A stretch of DNA of 64,000 bases from contig JAAILG010001199.1 of the NCBI GenBank assembly GCA_012026655.1, positions 1 through 64,000 of the forward strand, read 5' to 3'. Source of the DNA: Hydrolagus affinis (lineage: Eukaryota). A program made the position numbers and the translations under genes. The notes beneath the pieces were generated by a model. It made no database searches. It was not told the origin of the DNA and saw only the letters and a program-made list of their open reading frames with translations. Below are positions 27,601 through 36,600 of the stretch, piece by piece. How positions within the stretch are numbered: position 1 is the stretch's first letter; each line of letters opens with the position of its first letter.

Positions 27601-30600
27601 AGACATTTAGTCATCTTCCATTTCTGGGAAAATCATGGACCAAGTTGTTTAAACTGCTTTTTTCGCAGCTCCAGTACAAATCAAGATCACAAACAAATGA
27701 CTCACCTCGCATTCAACAGCAAGGCAGAAATGCTTTGCACTGTTTGCTCTGAAACTCATAACATCTCCTCATTGTTCAATTGTTCATGGCTTGATATTTG
27801 CAAGCTGGTTAATTGCAAAGAAGTTTTTTTTAAACATTACATCAGTTTCATGTAAAGCTGAGTTATTTTGCTTGGCTTCACTGTTGATGCTTTGACTGAA
27901 AATCCATGAAATAGAGCCTTGGAATGTAGAAATGATTTCTACAAATTTCAAAACCTTTCTTCAGCTGATCCAACTGCAAGTTGGAAAATATCATTGACAT
28001 TAGTGTATTGGAGAAGATGGAATTTTAGCGCAGCATTCATATAATCTGTAGCTCGTGATATTTTGTGTACGTCTGGATCTGTTTTTCAAATAACTCAAGT
28101 TTTCTTCTTCTTGCACAGTATGTATGGTATCATCGACCCATCAGGATTCATTCCTGCTCCTGCAGAAAGATATCGCCAGATCCTGCTCCCAGCTCTTCAG
28201 CTGTGCCAGGTTATCCTGACCTCCAGCACCAGTCAGCACCAGCAGGCCGCTGGACAGGTAACTGCAGCAACAAACCAACAGCAATGAGCATTAAAGGGAA
28301 TGTAGGGTATTTTGTGTGTGGATGTTAAAGATCCCATACCACTATTTGAAAAGAGAAAGCAAAAAACTCAGGAATCAATTACCTCTGTGGTGGTCTTGGT
28401 ACAGTAAAAGCCCATTTATCCGGCACTCTCGGGACCTGGCCAATGCCGGTTAAAGCGCATGCTGGATATTCGGCCGAAAACGCCCCCAAATTTTTTAAAA
28501 TTCATTTTTCCGGATAAATTCCGGTTAATTGAATGTGGATCTTTTTTTGTGATGCCGGTTATACGGAAGTTACGATTGATCGGGTGCCGGATAAACGGGC
28601 TTTTACTGTAGTTTGGTTTCACCAGGGTAATGTTGTTAATAAACCACCTTAATAGTGATTTACAGTGATAATGGAGTTAACCCATTTGCAACTGGGCACA
28701 ACCGAAACCACTTTAATTTGTTCTTGGATATTCAACAAACCAATAGGCAAGGTACAATGATCATTTTATTCAACTCTCAAGGTTCAACCACACATTCACA
28801 CGTTCAACAGCGCTAAGTACAGAACAAACATATACTACTAGATCTGGTGACTCTTCATTTGCTTGGTTTCTGAGATGCCTGCATCTGAACTAACTGATCT
28901 TTGAGCCCTCTTTTATACTTTTTAAAAGGCTGGTGACTTACAGAGATCGCGTTGTCTGCAGTATTTATTTTTACTCCTTGACTTTTAGTCCCAGCCATCT
29001 GTGGACATCTCAAATCCCCATTCAGTACCTATTACAGTAAAAGCCAGTTTATCCGGCACCCTCGGGACCTGGCCAATGCCGGTTAAAGCGTGTGCCGGAT
29101 ATTCGGCCGAAAACGCAAAAAATAAAATAAATAATTTCAATGCATTTTTCCGGATAAATTCCGGTTAATCGACGCAAACTTTTTTTTGCAATGCCGGTTA
29201 TACAGAAGTTACGGTTGATCAGGTGCCGGAAAAACGGGCTTTTACTGTAGTTAAAACTTGTGACATACCTTAGTCGCCCCATTGTTTTCGTTAGTTCCTG
29301 ACAATAAACAGTTCTGTATTATCAGTGTGTACATGCTGTTTTCCAACCCCACATGTGGTCTTAAATTCTGGGACTGGATGGCCCATACCTTCTTTCTGCA
29401 GCTGTTATTGTTCCTGCAATTCATTGCTCAGTTTATCTTCTAACACTGCTGAAGACTCATCAACAGACCTGGTTCATTGGCTGGAAATGGAGGTGCAAAT
29501 TGATCATTGTGAACAGAGATTCTTCCGATTCCACTCCTCCAAACTGCAAGACAAACCTGTAACAGGCAGGGCAGTGGAGAGATTGTAAGAAACTTGCCGT
29601 ACATACAATAAGCCATAGCAATCTATGCAATTTTAGCTGGTTAAACTGTACCCAATGTAATGTGGAAACTGGCTCTCGTCAATGTGTCCTTTCTTCTCTT
29701 CAAAATGGGTAAACAGGGTGTGTCCCTTTCGAGGCCACAGAAATATCCATGTGTTGATAGCGTACACATGGAACAGTCTAGTTTGAATATTTGAATACAT
29801 GGTAATGTGTATCCCACATCCAGCTGAACAAAAAAAAATCTTACGTTTACTCCTGACCAAACAGGATTTTTTTTTTTAAAGTTATCTTTGGGATTCTTCT
29901 AAATTTCTTTCCTAATCTACCACAGCTACCTTTTTTATGTTGGGTTTCCTTTATGTATTATTATAGCATCAGAAATATTCTTGAATACATCTTATTACAG
30001 CACCTTAGCTGTGTTGAACTCCTAGTAATTGTTTGCTCTTCAATGGGCTGATTCTTGCCTGATTTGTATTGACACTGCATTCTTTGATTCAGGTACTACA
30101 GTTCCTCATTGCTCATGCAGACACGATCCAGGCCATACTTCGCTGCCAGGAGGTAACTGTGGGGTCACTTCAGGAGCTGGCATTGCTGACAAGCATCATA
30201 AGTAAAGCAGCCTTGCCAGGTAAGACACTGATGTAGTTTCCAAGAACATTTCCTTCTCCTGTCTTTCCTTAATTAAAATTGTAATTCTCTCTCTGACCTC
30301 GCTTTCAGTCTTCTTTCTCCTCCTCGACTCCCAGCTTCCCACTGCTGACTAGCCACTCGATTTGTCTTGTAACACTGGGAGAAATTTACCTTTCTTTTCC
30401 AGCAGTGCCACGGGATCTTTAACGTTCATCCATTGCAGGCGGAGGCGTTTAATGTCTCACACTTCAAGTAGTGATTTATGCCACAAATAAAAAAAAAAGT
30501 ATTCACATATACCATTTTTTTAAAAGTATTCAATCAATATGAAGCTGAAGCCACTGCCAATTGAATATAGGATTATCTAGACTTGTGCAAATGTTTGGGG

Positions 30601-33600
30601 GTGTTTGGGTTTGAGGGTGCTGCTACTTGACAGGCCACTGGTTGGTCACAACTGACATAGATTAATGTCTTTGGGCGCTTGATGCGTTTCAAATCTTTCT
30701 TCATCTCAAATTTGTATGGAGAGTGATAGCAGCAGTGATGTTTTGCCACTTGATTGGCCTTGTGACTGTTGAAAGTAATTTTCTGACAATGCAGCACTCC
30801 CAGCACTGCATTGGAGTGTGTGTGTGGATGATCAGTTCCAAGTCCTAATGTGAGGCTTGAACCCACAACCTTCTGACATGGAGGCAGGCACTGAGCCAGG
30901 CTGACATAGAAATAATGATGAACACTGCTCCTGAGGTCTCATATTCATAGCAATAATCCTTGCTATCAAATGTCTTATCGCTTCATTGAGATATTTCTAA
31001 GTTTTTCACAGAATATACTGTAAAGTTAATTAACTATATATTGTGGGTGGAATTTGGCAGCCAATTACACACAGTAGTGTCCCACAAACAGTCATGGATT
31101 GAATGACCCAATTCTTTGTGAGGGATTATTACTCCTGGAATGTGATCTGCCAAACGACTAACAATTGGGTTCCAATTTACTGTGAGGTAAACAGATGAGT
31201 GTAGTAAGGAAACTTGCCCAAGGTTTTTCCCATGCCAGAGAGCGAACCCAGGCCCTCTCAATTGTGAGGCGATTGCGCTAGCCAATATGCTTCAGGATTC
31301 CACAATGTGACAGCTTCTAACAAGATTACTTAATAAGGACATCCAAGTAGTGACTCCTTCTTGTAACCTGCTCCTTAATACCAATTATTCCTGTGAAATT
31401 CACTGGCCACATCTACCACACGTTCATGAATAAATGGCCAAGCTACACGTTACTAGGCCTGCACAAACAGGCTAATTTTGCAGCTCAAAAATAGTGAACA
31501 ATGTAATGTGCTTACAATTAGTAATGCACAATCAAATCTCGTTCTTACTTGTTTGTACCTTTCCACAAATCTTTCTGCCACAGTAATGCTGTTCACTGTT
31601 GTCTGCTCCTTCCAAACCCATCTCAAGAACCTCCTCTTCGACCGCGTTTTTGATCACCCTTTTTTCCCCACCCTTCCCAACCCCGACCCCCTGCTGTTGT
31701 CCGAAACACTGACTGTCCAGCGGCTTGAGATATCCTCCTGATGTGAAAGGCGCTACACAAATGTAATTTTTATGTTGTTTTTATTAGGTGTGATAAATGG
31801 GTTGGAAGTGGAAGGTAGTGACGGAACTATAATGGAACTTCAGGGTCACATTGGGCGCTTTCAGGTAAAATATTCTTAATATACCTTGCTTGTACTTGAC
31901 CCCAGCCTCATTAAAGAATGCAAAACAAAGTTGCTCACATGGCTTCAGTTGCTGAAAAGTAGATTGATTTGGTTAAAGGGATAACCTGTCGGTTTTATAT
32001 TCACTGAATATTTGTAAGAGATCTTGGTGAGCAATTGACAATGAATGCCACCTATGTCTGTTATCTTTATAGTCACATTATATACCAGCTCTTTCAATCT
32101 CCAATGCTTCAAAACCTGGCTTTGTTATGAGAATTATTTCTACCTCATTCTCAGAATCTTGTTTAACTTTGTGGTCTGGTTTTTCCCTCAGCGTCAGTGC
32201 CTTGGGTTGCTCAGCCGATTCAGTGGGTCGGATAGGTTCCGCCAGGTCAAAGCTCAGGAAGAGGGAACTCAGGTCTGTGGTGTGAGCAAGAGGGACGAGA
32301 TGGAGCTGGCCATGCAACAGGTATGCTTTACCCAGGACTCATTTTTCTCAATGTTTATACAACCATTTGCAGTTCCAGTGTGAGAATTATTCGCCAACAA
32401 TAACACAGTCATAGTAACCCATACATTGGTCTCTGACCATCTCTCATTTAGCTGCATTTTTTCCTTGGTTGGAGGAAAAAAAGTACTTGCTTCAATTTCT
32501 GAAAATTCTCCATAATCTTATGATTATTTCAGTGTTACTTGGCTTATTTAGATGGTATAGCTTTTCCCTTACATTTGTGATCTGCGAGTTGTAGGGTACA
32601 TGATTACATCGAGATGAAATGGGGGTGGTGGGGAGAGTGGATGTGACGGCAGAGATTCATCTCTTTGTGGAAGCTCTGATCTCTCCCCAAAACATTAAGT
32701 AAAAACAGCTCAAAATATTGAAACAATCCATCATACTTTTTTTAATTGCTCGACTCAGTTGTGACCTGGCTGTTGAGTTTGTGAGAAATTTGAGTCGGCA
32801 CCAGATTTGAATACAGTGAAATAACACAATCTAAACTAGGACTGTGTTGAAAGACTGGATGGCATTCAAATCAGAGGTTTATATCAATGCAGTTATATAT
32901 GCAGTGCAGTTTTAAAAGGCACTTGCCTGGTAAAAAAAAAAAAAAACACATTTGCAGCAATGTACACAATTACATTGACAAATAATAATTTTTGCATTTG
33001 ATATGGAGTCTTATCATGTCTTCTAGACAAAGTGCTTCACAGAACATACTGTAAAATGAATTGACTGTATATTTTATGGATGATATGTGACAATTTCCCA
33101 CAAACAATAGTAGATTGAGTGACCAATTTGATCAAATTGAAAACTGTTCCTTTTTTGGAGGGATTATTACCCCCAGAAATAAAGTGAGCATTGTTAAATC
33201 ATAAAACAAGTCGACTAACCTTCAACATCCCATAGTTAAGTGGAGCTCCTGTGGCTTAGTGGTTAGAGCACTTGTCTTGCAAGCTGGTGAGACCTGTGTT
33301 CGAATCCAGGCAGCTTAGGGCGAATCCTCCACACGCCTAATAATAATCCGTCCAAAAACCACAATAAAAAAATTGGTCATTTCAATCCACGACTGTTTGT
33401 GGGACACTGCTGTGCACAATTGGCTGCCGCGATTCGCCCTCAAATATACAGTCAATTCACTTTACAGTATATTCTATGAAGCGCTTTGGGACGTCGATAA
33501 GATGTGAAAAGCGCTATATCAAATGCAAGGATTATTATATTATGTGGCTAATTAATCCATTTTATTATAGAAGGGAATATAGAAGGCATATGAAAGTTTT

Positions 33601-36600
33601 CTCCCAATTCAGTTTTAAACTATGTATCTCCTGATAATAATTATCCATAATAATATTTACATTTGTTACGTCTTTCACTTCGCAAGAATATCTCAAAGCA
33701 CTTCACCGGATACGCTATAAAGTATTTATTGTGTGTTTTGTGGGCAAACACAGCATCCAATTTGGTCCTCACCGAGTAGATGTGGCAAACCCAAGAGGAC
33801 TCCCCGGTGATGCCTTGCATGATGGTTTATCATTTAATTAGTAAATACGTTTTCAGTTACCTTGCATTTGTGTTGCTGAAGCTTCATTCATGTTCGGGTG
33901 GAAGAAGGCCATCTTACACCAATTTCTTTTAACCAGTGTTAACCTTTAGTTTGATGGGCTGAACACTTTGATGATTCAACTTTCCATGTCTCTTTGTTGC
34001 AGATCTGTGCAAATGTTGTGGAGTTCTGCAAAACACTTCTGATGCAAAGCAGCCTGAGTTCCCAGCACACGGTCTGTCTCTTCACTCCAAGTCTGTCTGA
34101 AGTCACAACTCGAGAAGGAACCCGGCAAGGTGTGATTCATATTATTCACTCTCATGCACCTTATTTTGATCACAGCTGTCACCTCCACCTCAGAAGATTG
34201 TGAGAATTAGCCCCACATCTCAGCTGACATTCCAATCCACAGTGGGATGTGCTTATGCCGTATTATCAAAGTGGCCAACCTTTGGATGAGATTTTTAACC
34301 AAGTCGGATCTGTCTATTCAAGTGGATGATAAAGATTCCACTTTTCAAAAAGAGACGGGAGTTTTGCTCTGTGCCCATCACTGTGCTTAAGAATATCCAA
34401 ACCAGACTGAGAGTTCCACCTACGCATGCCACCTACATGTGAAAATGCGCAGCCTGTCCCGCACCCTGCCAACCCAACTCCAGAACACCAACCACAATTT
34501 GGCATAGAACAAGTGAATGGGTTGGTTTTTGAGTATCGTCGATGTTGCGATGCAATAGTTTTGTAACAGCTTTAAACTTAGCCTTTCCTGCTGTGCAAAA
34601 CAAATACATGTAATGCAGCGGGTGGCAAAATGAACTTGTATCAACTTGCAAGTCTCAATATGTTTGCATGAGAATCAGTTTATTTGCAGTGTTTCTACGG
34701 CAAAATTAGATTAAAAAAAGAAACAGCTTGCACTTTTATTGCACCTAATAATATTGAAATGTTTTCAAGCTTCTCACTGTTATTGCTGTGATGCTTCTCT
34801 CTCTTCGCCTGTCCTGGATTGATTCAGACATGTACTGTTGTTCACAGTTGCTTGCTAGGCCAGGGTGAAACCTCAATAAGTGGGGAAAATCTGCCTTGTC
34901 ATGCAGAGTAGTATGGCATACCCTCTAGTGACAGAATCCAAGGCATAATCTGCTGCTCCTGGCCACTTAACAGGCTTGGGCTATGATCTCGGAATGTCTT
35001 CCAGAACTTTTTCCTCAAAACGGGTTGTCCTGTGATCTGTGAGCAAGGATAGCTACAGACATTAAATGCTGGGGTTACTGTAGATTTAGATCCCTCAGAT
35101 TCATCTTCCATCAGACCTCACAAGGAACTTTATAAATAAAAATCATGATTTTCATGCAAATACATTCTCGAACCTGCTGTCCCTAGATAATGGCCGTAGC
35201 TTTTTCCTCTTACTAATCTGAATGGCATCATTTTCCCTGCAGAAGCACAGTTGCCCATGGTTCCTTACTGGCGGCTGCCGAGCCTTGGGGTGATTGTGTT
35301 CCTCCTGAAACAAAGTGCCAACGATTTCTTCAGCTGCTACGAGAGCCACAGGCAGAGTGTGACCAAGCACCAGAACCTGGAGCATCTGCCTCCTGATGAA
35401 ATAAAAGAGGTTTGTGCCCTGTCCTATGATGTCCTGCTGACCCGGTCACAGATGGTATTGTGTATTGCTGGCTCAGTTGGCACCACATCAGGACTTCAAA
35501 CTCACAATCTAATCTTTTCCAATGCAGTGCTGGGGAAGCGTTGCATTGTCAAAGGTCCCATCCTTTGGATGAGACGTTTAACTGAGGTCCCGTCTGTGCC
35601 TGTTCAGGGGATATTAAAGGCCCCATGGCAAAGAGAATTAGGTTTCTCCTGGTGTCCTGGTCAACAATCCCCAGATAAAATCAGTCACGCACTCCATGCT
35701 GTTGGTGAGATTGCTTTGTGCAAACTGGCTGCCAATATGAGCCAACAAATGAAGTCACTCCACCTAACAGTGTATCCTGCAAAGCACTTTGAACTTTCAA
35801 TGATGTAATGAGATACATTATCAAATGCATGAGTGAATAGTATCAACAATTTCGATAAGCAGTTTAGCATGGGGCACATTTGGCCCTTCTAAACATTTAA
35901 TTTTTTCCTGTTTTGGCCAATGGCGTGGGAGGTACCACAGCAACAATTAAAGGTTGGAAAACTGCGAGAGCGAGACTCAATTCTATACTCACCTATATTC
36001 AAATGTGGGTTTATTTTGAAACTATTTGAATGTTCTAGATAGGGAGAGAGGATCTTTCCTCTGCCTGGGTTAAGGGTAACCCAGTCTGGTGACGTGCGAC
36101 TCTTCAGGAGATGCTGAAATATGTGGCACTTTATCAACCGATCTGGCAAATTGTAATCTAAGACTCAGTCCCAACTGAAACTGTCTCTCCTCGGGTTTTA
36201 AGCAAATGTGTGCAGAATTGTTCCCATATGTTGTGTTCAAGATATACTTTGTCACAGCTCTGCCAGGCATTCCTCCAAGGTGGTGTGGACAAGATTTCAG
36301 CCGGCCAGAGACAGGTCCTAGCCAAGCGACGGCTTGTTCAACAGATAAACCACAAAGCCGAGCTGCTATCACTTTACTGCTGTATCCTTGCTTGTACTGT
36401 TCATTTCAACGCCTGGAAGATTGTATAAGCTGACATCTAACTAGCTCGCGGAGAAATTGAGCATCTGAATTAAAGCCTGGTTTGCCAACTCCTGTCAGGG
36501 TTCCGTGGTGGGTTTTAAAACCAGTGGATGTTTCACTTCGCCCACAAAATATAGTCAATTCACTTTGCAGTATATTCTGTGAAGCGCTTTGAGACATCTC

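Noticed and set aside
34899-35111. Minus-strand ORF starting MEDES, like PUS7L
   Set aside because: Similarity is limited to 5 residues and is most likely coincidence
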